Part shown: in pieces, positions 27,593-40,994 of the stretch
How positions within the stretch are numbered: the first letter of the stretch is position 1
Layout of the letters: each line of letters starts with the position of its first letter
DNA from: Pavona decussata
Lineage: Eukaryota
Assembly (NCBI GenBank): GCA_977016875.1
Contig: CDRNST010000070.1
Span: forward strand, 1,550,001-1,614,000
DNA: 64,000 nucleotides
Reading direction: 5' to 3'
Program-made: the position numbers and the translations under genes
Notes under the pieces: generated by a model
Database searches by the model: none
What the model was told of the DNA's origin: nothing
The model's input: the letters and a program-made list of their open reading frames with translations, nothing else

Positions 27593-28159
27593 CAAAACAC
27601 TGACGTTTACTAACGATACAACGTCCCGATGGCATTGGATAACTAAGCGCAGAAACGTAGTGCCTTAGCGAGTTATAAAACTACAGGAGGCCCCTAGGAG
27701 CGGCCACGGGCCATTTTCGCTCAAATGTTTTCTTGAATGTTGCAGCCCGTAAGAGGTGACGTGGCCAAATTTACATACGCCTTGTATGTCAATATTGGCA
27801 TGTGCAATCGTATTTTGCTGTCGAAGTCCTAAGTTATGGCAAAATATTCGAAAGAATGACCACCCCTCTTTCTTTTCCGAGAAAATAACTAGAGACCCAT
27901 GCCTTAATATTCTTGACCGCTTGTTCTTTGGACGTTTAGGGGCAACTCACTTTCAGACGAATTTAATCGTTTTTTGGGCAATCGGATTGGCCGTCGATTT
28001 ATTTTATGTGAAAAGATTTAAATAAATATGAACGTACTTGCAATTATTACTTTTTTAAAACTTTTTGAAGTATTTGTTCTGTAAATAGGACATCTAATAA
28101 AGGTACACTAACTATTTAACGTTCCCACTCTCTCACTGACCACCATTTTTAAGCTTGTA

Positions 28160-28592
28160 GGTTCTGTTTACAAGGAGGAAGGGTAACCCTAGTGCTATGG
28201 TTACCCTAGCAGGAGGGTTAAAGACAGCCCGTGTTTACAAGCAAAATTTCACAGGTAGGGTCACCCAAAATTGTAAAATTGGCCTGAAGACCATTCACCC
28301 GAAACATTTTCGGTTTCTATGTGTGAGGGTATTGAAAGCTGGGTCGTACCCGTTCCGCCATTTTGAGCCCTCTTTTCAACTTTTCAAAGAGTCTGGAAAC
28401 AAGTAAAAAGTTGTCCCGGGTAGGCGAGGTATCCCCAGCAAGGCGTTGTCAAGACCTTGGCGCTAGGGTAACCCTAGCGCCCCAATTAATTAGAGTTATC
28501 CTGGTGCCAGGGTAACCCTATCTGCCTTGTAAACACGTCGCGTAAAAAAGGAAGGAAAGTGCGAGTGCTAGGGTAACCCTAGCGCTAGGGTA
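28160..28592. mobile_element. MITE with GGGTAACCCTAG subterminal repeats (Harbinger-like), right end truncated
   Basis: Starts AGGTTCTGTTTACAAGGAG and carries many palindromic GGGTAACCC(TAG) and TGTTTAC/GTAAACA motifs. Confidence 0.6.
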
Positions 28593-28759
28593 TTGTTATC
28601 AGTACTTGTTTGTATTGAAATAATTGCATGTTGTTTTGTTAATTGTTGTCCTGCCGCTTTTGCTCGAGCGGATAGGGAGAAATCGCATGTTATTAGACCG
28701 CTAGCGCTAGCTTATAAACCGTTTCTAAGCGCCTAACAGTGTTGAACATAGCCATGAGG

Positions 28760-29680
28760 CCTTTGCTAGCAAGGACTAGTAGTAATACTAGTAATGGCCG
28801 AGGCTTAGAAATTGAAAAGATGTCATGTACGGGCGCATTGTAGGAAGAGGGAGGGAAAGATTTCCTCACAGCCCCTGACATTAATTATGAATACATTTTG
28901 CGATGCATATATATAATGTATGGGACTGTGCAGAAATCTTTCCAAAAGTCCTTCTGCCATTATCACTTGACCAAGTTTCCTTATGTGGTCCTGAACGGCA
29001 TGAAACTGGAATTACCGAATCCCTGTCAACTGCCAGCAATGCATCTTGACGCTTTCCGTTGTTTGTGGCCAGCGTTCACTGCCAGTAGTGGTAAACATAC
29101 ATGTTGCAGCTGTTCCCTTGGTGTGAACTCGGCTTCTTATGTTTTTGAGTTACCTGCAAGCTTGCTACCAGTTACTTTATCAGTGAAATAGACATCGAGA
29201 AGCATTGTAATCTCTCCTTCTGCAGAAGCGAGATGAGTTTGAGGTAACTGAGGTTTCATTTCTATCCATTTCGTAGGCAAAGGTTTAGTCACTAACGTAG
29301 CAATAATAAATTGTATTCGAGATTGAATGGAAAGGTGCCGCACTTTCCGGAGGTAATTGTGCAGATCTAAAGAACTTGAATGAAGTGAAAGGCAGACTTT
29401 AGGAAGATCTGACTTTTGATATGAATGTTTTTTTGCTTTATTGTCATTATTTTTTTTGAAATAGCTTGGACTTTTGTCTTGATCGATAGTAAGTATGTCA
29501 TCGCGAATTGAAATAAGTGCATTAATTTTTTCGTCGATCGATAGTAAGTCTACTATCGAATCAAAACGCTTTCGCTTAACATAGCATCTTTCCTGTGATG
29601 TCACTTGTTGTCGATTTGGTGGCCTTTTTCGATTTGTTTCGTTGAAGATGGATATTATAGCTGCTGAAACTCGATCGACA
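28760..29680 (-). pseudogene. Degenerate intronless coding remnant, possibly LINE ORF1-like
   Basis: A 155-aa open stretch (29137-29604) with no ATG start, extendable upstream (AAIISIFNETNRKRPP...) and continuing in other frames after stops. It loosely resembles the N-terminal winged-helix region of cnidarian CR1-type ORF1; the family is not confirmed. Confidence 0.3.
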
Positions 29681-31481
29681 TATTGTTTGGAAAGGCAGCG
29701 CTAGCGGCAAATTGATGGCAAAAATGTAAGCCTGCAATTAGGTTCAGGTATAAAAAGTTTGTATTTTAACAATAGTTACAGGATGCTTGCAAGCTTTACT
29801 CATAAAATGATTCGTTAAGAGTCGATCGTGAACATGTTAGCAAGCTTGGCTTGCTGTTGTTTATAAATGTATGAAAAAAATTAACCTCCGTAAGCCGTGA
29901 GCTAATATTTTTGTTACTTCTAAGTTAAGGTTTAATTTTGAGCCCTGAATTAATCCACGAAAAAATCTGTTTAAAGTATTCTTTCTATATATATTTGCAT
30001 TTTCTACCACAGTTATCGAATGAGATACCGTATTCTTTTTATTTTTTATCTCATGCTCATGTTTTTAGTAGAATTTTGTTGTAATAAAAGAAAAATAGTT
30101 TATGCATATTGATATGGGCTTAGATATGCAAATGACTTTATATTGTGGACTCTTGAAAAATAAATTAATATTTTAGGTTAGCGACACGAATGCACTTTTT
30201 CTGCCACCTGGTCAGAATTAAATATATTTTATAGAATTTTAATTTTATATATACAAATAAACCACGAGTGGTATGTAAAATTTGAATAAAATAAAAAGTA
30301 AAGAAGTCTTCATGCCATAATTAAATCTTGTGTAATAAGGAAATATTGAAAAGTTTGATTTAATTGCCTACCTTGTATTTGGTTTTCAGACTCATTAAGT
30401 TTATCCAAAAACATAGTGCTTAGTCCCCTTGTGGTTATGTAGCAGTATCAACAAACAGCTTTTTAAAAATTGTGAATCTCACTATACAGGAAACAGACTA
30501 AGCTGTTACTGCACTCAGACAGGACCGGCCGTCGATTATAAATAAAAAAGAGATCTCTAGTTGTCTCTTAATGGTAACCCCATCCCCCTCCCCCCTTTAA
30601 GATGTTGTCTTCATTGCCTAGCTCCCATTCTATCAGAAGTAAAATAAAAAAAAAAATCAAACCTCCCTGTGCTTTTACTAGCTGATTGCCAACAGTATTT
30701 AAATAATACCATCTCAAATTTGCAGGCCAGTTAATGATGTTCACCAGATAGGTGGTATTTTATATAAGTCCCCTATCCCGACCCATGGTGGGTCCCTCTC
30801 AAGTACACTAGTTGTAATAAATACCACTTCCATTATAATCTTCAATTTTAGGCCACTTTCCTGGGGTACTATATAACGTAGTTAATAACTTACTGCTGGC
30901 TGTTGCAAACATGGCTATCTCAAGCCCTGGTGGACAAGAAACTCATGTACATGTATAAAAATGACAAGGAGATGCAATTTACAATATTATTAATACAACT
31001 TTATTTAACGTGGTCAGTATACACTAAGCTAAAAATACAGCTAAGATAGCTAAAGCCAGTTTACTGGTATGCCACGATACACAAAACACAAATTAAATTT
31101 TAAAATATTTTCAACTCCAGAAGAATTTTTGGATATCAAATTCAACCTTTTAGTAATTTAGATTCTTCAATGTAAATGTATGCCCTGTATTTTTTTGGGT
31201 GGTGAGATTCACTTGTTGGTACAGTGTAACTGTAGGTTCAAGATAAAGAGTTTCTGGGTAATTTTTGGTTTAAAAAGGAAACTGAAGATATTAGTTTTCC
31301 AGGTTTAGCATTATACGTGCATATTAGGTCTGCACATTGACAATTAATGGAGCTTAAAGGTATTTTGTGGTGTTAAATCATGGCTTCATCAGCACATTTC
31401 CACCATTAAGATGCACCAGGGTGTCAGTCTTCTCAACAACAACAACATGTCAGTGACATGATTGTATTTTTTTTATTGCAG

Positions 31482-34400
31482 AGTTCATGTATGCACATGG
31501 AATGTCAAGGTAACACAGCCACCAGATGAAGACTTCAGAGCTTTTTTGCGTCTCGACAATGATCAAGAACTCCCAGATATTGTTGCTGTTGGGTTAGTTG
31601 TTCAAACCCTTTTTGGAAATACAACTGTTCTGTTTGTCTAGCTAATTTGTGTCAACCTTGAATAGTATTAAAGCAGTAGTGGCTGACACATCAAGTACAT
31701 GTAACATTTAATTTCAGACCTCAATAAAGGGGTGAACTCTTTTTACAAGGGGAAGCCTTACAGAGATTTAGAAAGGGGAGATGATAAATTTCCAATAAAC
31801 AAATTACTTTTTAATTTCTATCACCCTACCTAAAATGATGATGGTGAATTGATGACAATGATGGAGACTGCAAGACGCCTTAAACGGATCACTAAATCAG
31901 ATATGAGAAGTAGGTTATAACTACATTTCATTCAGGATGTTACAAGCATAGAACGACAACGAGCACATCCGAATCCCCAATGAGAATCAATCCCACGGCC
32001 ATGATTGATCTGCACACCAGTTGGTTGTTTAACCTGACTGAGAAGGAGACCTGTGGCTAAGTGTGTGTGGGGGGGGGGGGGGGGGTAAATGATCTTTACA
32101 AAATACACATCTTGCAAAATTTTAGTCAAATATCTAGGATTTTGCAGTCTCAAACTTAATTTTTGCATGGGCCATCTTAGAATTTTATTCATTTTGGAAG
32201 CCCAAGAAAGTCTCAGTCACTTGCAGCAGCAATGCTAGTCTCATTGGATTTCCAAATTGTCATTTGCCATTCCTAAATTTTGAGCTCACATAATATTTAT
32301 ACTTCTGAGAACCATGTATAAAGTCATTGGGTTGTGTTTTACTGGTAACTGTTTTAAACTAACAGTTTACGTGTAGCTTTTTTACTCTAGCTCAAACTAA
32401 TGCTACAGCTGTAATTATAAGTTAGATCTATGTTACTCTATGAATTCAGTCTGTTTTTAATCAAGTATCTGAACTTTTAGCTTGCAGGAAGTTGATGCTA
32501 AACCACAGTCTTTACTAATTGAGTATATAAAAGAAAACTCTTGGGTGAAGATACTACAGGCATATCTTGGTGCATATGGTCTGGTCAAGGTACATAAAAT
32601 AATAATTTATTGGACTAAGTAAATTTTGTAACAGATGTCATATATTACTTTCTGTAGTTGTAAATCATACCATGGAATCTAATGCTTTACTTCCAACAAA
32701 TGTCTGTCATCTACATGTACTGTACATGTATCAATACCCCTGCGACCACAAGGTCTGACACCTGACTTTTAGTTGTAGCTGGTCATAATAATTTGTAATA
32801 ATAATGATAACAATAATTGTAATAATTATAGTAATAATCAGAATTTTTTCCTGCAGCTCAAGTCCATCCGCATGCTTGGGATGGTGCATCTAGTGGCTGT
32901 TCATACAAGACATCTTGCATTTGTTCGTGACATAAGGCCTGGTTATTGCAAAACAGCCCTACTTGGCCTTCTGGTAAAGAAAAACTTTGACTCTATACTA
33001 ACTAATTACCTCTGTCTTTTATGAATATTTTGAGAGTGTGGATAGCTAAACTTAGTAGCGAAAGCATACACTATTAACAGGGGCACCCAACAGATCATTT
33101 CTGTAAATTATCTGTTTGGAAGGCCCTCAATCCCCTACAATTTTCTAAAGGGAATTTTCACCTCAAACTTTCGTGATATGGGAAATTTAAGGCCAAGTGT
33201 TTTCGAATTGATGAAAATGTTGTTTCGGGTGCTGAAGAAAGGTCAGCTAAGATTTTCGGAAAGGAAATAAGACCTAAGGTTCGATAAGGTTTTCAAGGAA
33301 TGGACAAAGATGCCCTAGTAATTTCGAAAAGACTCAGGTAGCCCTAGAATGACCGAACAGATAAAAATATGATAGCGCGGCCTAAAATGAACTTACAGAG
33401 CTTTAAAGGCACTCCAGATAGCCTAAAATAGCGAATTCTGTCGTTGGGTGCCCCAGTGTATTAATAACACTAGTGCTAGGCCCCTCTTCTATGAATTACC
33501 CATTGTGCTCTACTCTTCTCCCACCAGTGTTATTGTAGATTGAAGCCCAGAGTTATCACCTAATTTGTGAGATAAATTAGTTTATTGTTGTTTTGAGGGT
33601 TTTTCTGACTTCTGTTGATCTTTCAGTCTTCCCCCACAAAACCAACGGTCCTTGTGGTCTTAAAATTTGATCTGGTATCTGATCGAGGGACACTGTTTAG
33701 TTTTCCTTCAACTATTAACTTAACACTCAGTAAACAAAACCAATTTGGAATTTTTTTTTTTTTTTTTCACCTCTTTTGGTTTCAGGGTACCAAGGGAGCA
33801 GTGTCATTGCGATTTACTCTTTATGGACAAAGCTTCTGCTTCATTAACAGTCACTTCTCTGCTCATGCTGAATATGAAGAACAAAGGAATCTGGTAGTAC
33901 ATCCAGTATGTTTTTTTCTGCACTTAATTAAATAGTTTTAATATGATAAGTAAACAAATAATCTTTTTTTTTCTGATACTAACCAGTATCTGTCTGATCA
34001 CGAGTACAACAGAAAATGCAGTATTGTTTAAAGTACTTGAAAACAAATCTTAATACCAAAAGTATTAAAGTGATTTTGAGCAAGTCAACAACAAAAAATG
34101 GTCCACAAACCTCTCTGTTATATCCTGCTCCAAAAGCTAAAAGCCTGTCAATTCTGATCATTGCCTTGACCACATTATAGCCATACATGTATTTAGGTGA
34201 CTGAAAACATTTTTTGCAAAGGGCTTGAACCTTCCTGGTTCACAACACATCAGGGCACATTTGTTTGTTAGTGTTGCACAGCACGCTTTGTTCTCACTTT
34301 TGGTTGCCTCATTTTGTGTCTTTTGAATTGCTCTCTCTACAGGAATATGAAAGTATAAGTCAGAGTTTGACGTTTGCAAATTGTACACCACAAAAAGCTA

Positions 34401-37400
34401 TGGAACACAGGTATGAGTAACAGTGACTAGGAAGAATTTTCTCACAAGCATGCCAAAAGGATTGGTTATGTGTACATTCACAGGTGCTCAGTCAAATTTT
34501 TTGTTCTTTTGACAGCTATGTGTTTTGGCTGGGTGACCTGAACTACAGGATAAATGAAACTATTGATAATATTAAAGGGCTTTGTGGAAAACAAGAATAC
34601 TCAGCATTATGGCAGCATGATCAGGTATTTACATCTACATGTAATTCATAATTTTATGAAATGTGCTGTAACTCAAACACAGTTCCATACTGCCGGAAAT
34701 TCGGTTCTAAACACAGATCCAAACACAAACACAGTTCCATATGGAAATTGATCAGATTAATGTTATATTGTATGTAAATGTCTTTTGGAGAGTTCATAAG
34801 TTCATTGTCAGATTGTTTGAAAATGTGCATTTACAACAGACAGTGGAAGTTTAAGACAGTTTCCGTTGTAGGTAAAAAATATCTTTGGTTAAAAAGAAGT
34901 TGTAACAGCAAAAACAACATCTAGACTTGCATCAAAATTCGGGGACTGTGTTTTATGTCATCACCAACTGTCTCACTCACCCAACTATACCATCTTACAG
35001 TGTACATGTAATTATAGTATGATACCAGAAGCATGTAACTTACAAATGTAAGTTCATATAATATGCTTCTGATGAGCTCTTAAATGTTGTTGAGATTGCA
35101 TGAATTTTCTGGCTCCTACAGTGTATGCTGGCTCCAGATACCTGTTACTCACACACACTAATAAAACGAAAATAATAACCTCTGGCACCCAGTGTAGCAG
35201 ACTGACTATTTGTACACATAAAATGGAACTTGGCAATATCGCATCAGTATTGACTTCAATGCAACCATTGACAGCTACTAAAAACTACTTATTCTTGTTT
35301 AACACACCTTGTGAGTGTATCTAGTATTTTTAACTTCAAGAAATGTTTTGATTGACCTAAGATATGGCTAAAATAATTATTTCTCTGATAAGCTCTTACA
35401 AGGTCAGAAAGATGGCAAATGCTTTGTAAACTTCCATGAAGGAGAACTTAAGTTTCCACCAACTTACAAATACAACCCTGGTACAAATGAGTGGGACACA
35501 GAAAGGTAGGTTATACATGTATGAGGCTGTTTATGTAAACATTTTTACAGGATTGATTGGGCTTAACAAAACACACTTAGTTAGCAGCCTAATTAATCAC
35601 TGAGCTAAAACTAACTCTAACAGTCCAAGGATCCTATGTTTGGGAGGCCTTATCATTAGNNNNNNNNNNNNNNNNNNNNNNNNNNNNNNNNNNNNNNNNN
35701 NNNNNNNNNNNNNNNNNNNNNNNNNNNNNNNNNNNNNNNNNNNNNNNNNNNNNNNNNNNNNNNNNNNNNNNNNNNNNNNNNNNNNNNNNACACGGCACAA
35801 CATTTAAGTTTGGAAGACATGTTTCGGATACTTCAGTATCGATCGTCAGTTCAAGGATGTTTACAAGTTTTTTACCAAATGTAAAGCATGTAACAAAGAA
35901 GTGTTGATTATACAAGTACACTGTAAGTTGTAGAAATAATAATAAAGCGGATACAAATCTGACAAAATATTACATAATACTTAAGGGATACAACAACAAT
36001 AGCGAATACAAATGACGGGGTACGGAAAAAAATCTATGAAATTGTTGCGTAATGCTAAAGCAGTACAATGAAATACTTCTATGAAAAACGAAAAAAAAAC
36101 TTAGTAATGACTAACATGAAAGATGAAAATTAAAGTAAGAGTGTTAAATTTAATTTCCATCTTTCTTGTTCTTCATTGCTGCGTTTTTGTTTTGTTTTGT
36201 ATTTTTGGTGGGGAGAGGGGTAGAGTCGAGTATCGGGTTTTACACTATTGTAAGATCGAGAACGAACTTTCTGCAGTGGGAAATACCGTAAACCTGCCTG
36301 GACAGACAGAGTTCTGTGGCAAACGTCAGAGGAGAAGAAAAATACTTTCCAGCTGGAGTGTTACACCTCACAGCAGTCATACCTCACCAGTGATCACCGG
36401 CCTGTTGGGGCTACGCTCATGGTGGACCTAAATGTAAGCTATTTTTTTGGATACTCGCTTTACTATTTTTAAGAAAGTTTAGAGACTGCTCGTAGTCTAC
36501 TTATTTTTAGGTGTTGTTGTAATTGTTCCTCATTAAAATAAAATATTCGCGGTCATTCAACCAATTGTATAGCTGCATTGCGACTTTATCTTTATTTGGT
36601 AAGTCATTCCAATTGTTTTGTTCATCTTTTAGGTGACCCTATGTTTTCGGCAAATAGGCGGAGCAAATATTTGTCTTCCAAAGCCGTTTTCGTTCGGCCA
36701 GTTTTGCAAACGTAGCCCGATATGACCGTAAACTGCAATTACCTCTTAATACGAAAACATTTACCATGAAAATAGCAATTATTTCTCCTGTTTTGCACCT
36801 GGCTGAATAATAAAGTAGGAAATATTTGGGCTGCTTTGACCTTAAGTACTTCAACTGCCGTAAAACGTAGTGTTGATCAATCGATCACTAGACATACATG
36901 TACTTTACAATTTAACAACCTACATTAATTTTGCACTTGGCAGTGAAGATGCGGTTCGCCTTGTTTTTTCGTATTAAAGAGTTTTTGACTGACTGCTCTT
37001 AAGGGGGTAAGATTTTTTTCTTTTCATTGGAAGCCTGAGTTTTATCGTTCAACGGTAGTGTCACCTTTATTTAGAATTACACTATTTCCAAAACCTCTCT
37101 TTTATTTTATCATTATCATTAAGGACTCGATCTCGTCGATGGAGGACCCCATCTCATGGAAGTTAGACCTTATGAGTCTCCCTTGGTATGGAAACGAGGT
37201 TAGTAACTAAATTCTGCTCAGTAAGAACTTGTATTTTCACTCAGGAAAACTGCGAAAGTCAAAGGAATTTAAAATTATTACCGCTGAAAAGTACTATTAA
37301 ATTTAATTTGTTGTTGTTGTTGTTGTTGTTTTCTAGGATGGCTTGTGTGTATACGTTGTGAAGAATTACAAGACCTACAGTTGGGATTGGATTGGCCTTT

Positions 37401-39832
37401 ATCGGGTTAGTGATTTGGTCTTGTGTTACACGAAGTTTTGTTTGTTTGTTTGATTATGGCAACACAATGGCAACTAAGCTATTTTACAGCTGGAAAAAAA
37501 ATCGTCGTGACACCACCACCTAGCCAATTATACCAAGATTATGCAACGACATAAGGCAACGTATTTCTAATCAGTTGCAAGGCGTAATGACGAGTTCGCT
37601 CGTCATTACGCCTTGGTGTGTAGAAACTATAAAGGTCGCAAAACGGGCTGCCAGCATGTTGGTTCTGATTGTAAATGCAAGGTGCAAAAATTAGTTTGTG
37701 GTCAGTCAGTGTAGACGAGGCCGGTTTTTTTTTTTTTTTCTCCAAAGTATTTAACTTCCACTCAATATTACTCAGCTTTTACGAAACAAAATGTCATACA
37801 TGTACGCAGGGGACTAAGGAGAGACTGCAGGTACCAACGCATTAGATACAGGGAAAACTAGAGCAAGAGATAGTACTGACTCCCATCCGTGTCCCCTATT
37901 GGTAGAGGTCAACAGAGGGTCTTCCCTGGGCTTTTTTTATTATTATTATTATTTTACACGTAAATAAAGTTTATCTGGCTATGGAAATTTGAGCGGATTC
38001 GGATTCAATAAGAAAGGAGAGTCATCAAGAGTGCTTGAGACTTCCCAATCGATATTTGTGATTCTGGTGACCCCACGAGAGTCGCCTTTTTTACCCCTTT
38101 GGAAAGTGTAGAGACTCGGTCTCGTTCAAAGGGAAAGTATCACGAAACGAAAAATTTGATGTCATTTCAAAACCCAAAAATGTTTGTCTGTCAGCAGTAA
38201 CAAAGAAATAATTGTCAAGTGTGTTATAAATTATCACCGCAGTGCAATAAAATTGTCGATTAGTGCCTTTGGCCAGAGACAGAGTAGGTCGGAATGGACT
38301 GAAACTTGAAAAATGTTAGGCTAATGCTTTTCAAGTTCTCGCATTTTTGTTTCCAAAATGCGCTAGAACAGATCACGAGTTGTTTCTTTCAAGAATATTG
38401 AGTTTATTTCTTTCCTCTCGTCATTCTAGCTGGTTGAAGGTCTTGTTTCATCATTTTTAATAAAAGTTACCGAAAACCCCATGAGATTTCCCCTTTAACC
38501 CTTTAACTTTTTCAAAATAACGCAAATGCCTTATCGTAGGTGGGCTTCCAACACGTGTACGATTATGAAATGTACGAGTGGGCCGTGGGGGATGGGGACG
38601 AGTATGGAGAGAATGGCTGTGCGGTGCTGTTCGATTGTCTGCCCGAGGAAGCTGGACATTATGTTATGTGCTATTACAGCTATAGACTGGACTGCATTAT
38701 CTCCGTCAGCGACTCATTTGAGGTAAGATACCAGAGCTGAGTGCGTATTGCATGGGGTAAAGAAAAATCTTCATCAACGGTATTGGTTTGATGTAAGCAA
38801 TAGCCAAACGTCTCTTACCCTAACCCTACCCCCCCCCCCCCCTCCGCTACCCTTTTGCCTACCATCGACTGTTGGATTAGTAATAATGATAGCATTTAAT
38901 AATGTTTATTAATTGATATTGCGCAAATTAAAATACTACATCAAATGCGCATCACATTAAAACTAAACTACCAACTAGGGTTAAAACCACGACAACAAAC
39001 GCCAAGAAAAACGTCACCTGACGATTTAAATTCATGTTATTTGAACTACTTCGCGATTACTTCGACTCTTTCAACTTGTGCAATGTGATCGAACTATGCA
39101 AAATTACTAATTGGTAGGAATAGCGTTGGGAGAACAGAAATTTATCTCCATTTGCTCCGTTGTTTTTGCCCATTAAACTCACTATTTTGTGTCGTTCTCG
39201 CTGCCATCGCAGTTGGCGTTGCTTCAGTTTCCTATTGCAGGTCGTGGCTGATCAACTTGGAGAAGGAGGTTTCCGCTTTTCATAAGTACCATAGTTTTGT
39301 TTCTCCCCTGAATGGGGTGGGGGCGGGGGAGCTAGGTTGTCCATCAATTCGTGGCCTGTTCCAGGTGTTCAAAAAGTGGAGAGTGGCGAAATGAAAATTG
39401 AAACGCGAACGAATAATAGAAGCGAGGAGACTGGAGAGAGAAGGCACCCTCTTTCCCCAGTCTCTTCTCCTTTTTTTCCGGCTCCACGCACGGTGGGGAG
39501 CGGTGCGAAGTAAATTGCGATGCATCTGAACGCCTGGGATAGGCTTTCAATTCGCGGGTACCCATTTAAACGATTGAGTGGAAAGGGTTGAGTAAACGTT
39601 CTCCTACTCATACCGGAGGCGTGGTCACAACTCGACGATTTGGCTAGATTCGAACTATAAGACCTATAAAGACCTATAAAGCTTTCAAAGGGCCGCGTCT
39701 GATATAGTACGTTATTTTTTTCGTTTGTGTGTGCTAAATCTTGAACTGAAATCCTGACAGATTCTTCCACCACGAGATGAAGATAAGGATCCGGTGGAGG
39801 TTCAGGTTGAACAGCCAACAGAAGATGTGTAA
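31482..39832 (+). CDS. INPP5K: Inositol polyphosphate 5-phosphatase K/J-like (SKIP) with C-terminal SKICH domain; first coding exon not resolved
   Basis: Exons 31482-31592, 32481-32589, 32857-32973, 33786-33893, 34343-34410, 34516-34624, 35393-35505, 36277-36433, 37124-37198, 37337-37405, 38540-38722 and 39761-39832 (GT-AG, phases consistent). 5-phosphatase motifs: VCTWNV, GLQE, FINSHFSAH, VFWLGDLNYR, FPPTYKY, RKPAWTDRVLW, SDHRPV. SKICH motifs: SWDWIGLYRVGF, CYYS. Candidate first exon ATG GCA AAA AT|GTAAGC at ~29715-29725. Confidence 0.93.
33078..33456. mobile_element. MITE (hAT-like) in an INPP5K intron
   Basis: TIR cores GGGGCACCCAAC (33080-33091) and GTTGGGTGCCCC (33443-33454), with imperfect 8-bp flanking repeats ACTATTAA and TGTATTAA. 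Confidence 0.65.
35660..35789. other. Assembly gap (N run)
   Basis: 130 N. Confidence 1.
35811..35854 (-). ncRNA. Minimal type I hammerhead ribozyme motif, partly degenerate, of the Penelope-like-element type
   Basis: Minus strand reads TTGAA CTGACGA TC GATAC TGAA GTATC C GAAAC ATGTC TTCCA. It has the CUGANGA and GAAA cores, a hairpin stem II, palindromic stem III (ACAUGU) and a GUC site, with one mismatch each in stem I and at the base of stem II. Confidence 0.65.
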
Positions 39833-39907
39833 AAACAGCAACAACAACAAAGTTTTGACTTGTTTATAGCGAAGTTCGCGGTGCAATCCAACCCACAGGG
39901 AACCCCA

Positions 39908-39953
39908 TTTTGTTTGTTTGTTTGTTTGTTTGTTTGTTTGTTTGTTTGTTTGT
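39908..39953. repeat. (TTTG)n microsatellite
   Basis: About 11 units in the INPP5K 3' UTR. Confidence 0.9.
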
Positions 39954-40726
39954 AAACGTCCTAAGTAGTTATTTGGACACGGACAGCTATTGAAAGATCC
40001 AGAACCAACGCATTTTGGAAAGTGTTCGTAGCTGTTGAGATTACTAACGAACGTTTCCGAAGATACGGATTGTTAGTGTCCATTCCTTCCAACCTTGATG
40101 GCTACCGCAGGCATGATTTTCCATCAAATTTTGCCTGCGCGTTTCTTCACTTATGTGAAAGGTTCCCTACTGTATCGAAACTTGGGTGTCAATTTATGCC
40201 CCTAAAAGTGACAAAGAAGTAATATATAAAAGATATTTTGTGATGTTATTGCGACACATCTAAAGCTAACGCAAAATAGAATTTTAGTTTCTTTACAGAT
40301 TGAAAATAACGGGATGTTTTGCCGCCAATGGTTTTAATTTATCGCGAAGATGTTCATGTAACTTTGAAACATTAGGTTTTGTATATTTGGATTGTCCTCA
40401 AGGTCATATTTTCCCTAAGTTAGGTGTTGCTATTGTTGCAATTACTACTCGTTACTGTGGGGGTAGGAGAGAGGCCTCACGCTCGCCACACGCGCGAGGT
40501 CTGTCGTACTTGGGGAAAATTTTGTGACGTTGCAATATACTCGCCTCCTATTCTACGCCGGCAGATCACGTGCTTTGGGTTCGTCAAGGGTAATCGATAA
40601 ATGGCGAAAGGATCCGTTGTGGGTGATCCATGTTTAATGAATTTCCTGTCAAAACATTACGTGTTTTAATAACGACAACATCCGTAATCAGTTCTGGCAG
40701 TTTTATGTTTCTAAATCTTTTCAAGT

Positions 40727-40994
40727 AGTCATAAGTGTTGTAGATAGCATAAGTGTCGTATTGTTAGTAGCACAAGAATTGCACTGAAGTGTAAGTAGAC
40801 TAGTATAAGTTCACTAGAAGACAGCGTTATTTCTGTAAGTAGTGCGGTCATTGTAAGTACTTTTAGTTTTGTAAGTATAGTAAGTATTGTTAACAATGTA
40901 GATATAGTTATTTTAGTTAGTATTGTAGGTAATGTTAGTAGAGTTCAGTATTGTAAATGACGTGTCATGTAAGGCAAATAAAAATTGTTAAAAA
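40727..40994 (+). mobile_element. 5'-truncated LINE 3' end insertion, specific to duplication copy A
   Basis: GTA/AGT-rich tract ending in AATAAA and an oligo-A run, flanked by the 14-bp TSD AAATCTTTTCAAGT (40713-40726 and 40995-41008). Copy B has the empty site at ~59375-59390. Confidence 0.85.

Noticed and set aside
28275-28363. Possible hammerhead (CTGAAGA...GAAA...CGCCATTTT)
   Set aside because: Stem II does not close next to GAAA, and stem III and the cleavage triplet are not canonical; it is the interior of a MITE.
33786-33797. GTKG in place of the usual GNKG in INPP5K, as a sign of a dead enzyme
   Set aside because: Both catalytic signatures (WLGDLNYR and PAWTDRVLW) plus GLQE and SDHRPV are intact.
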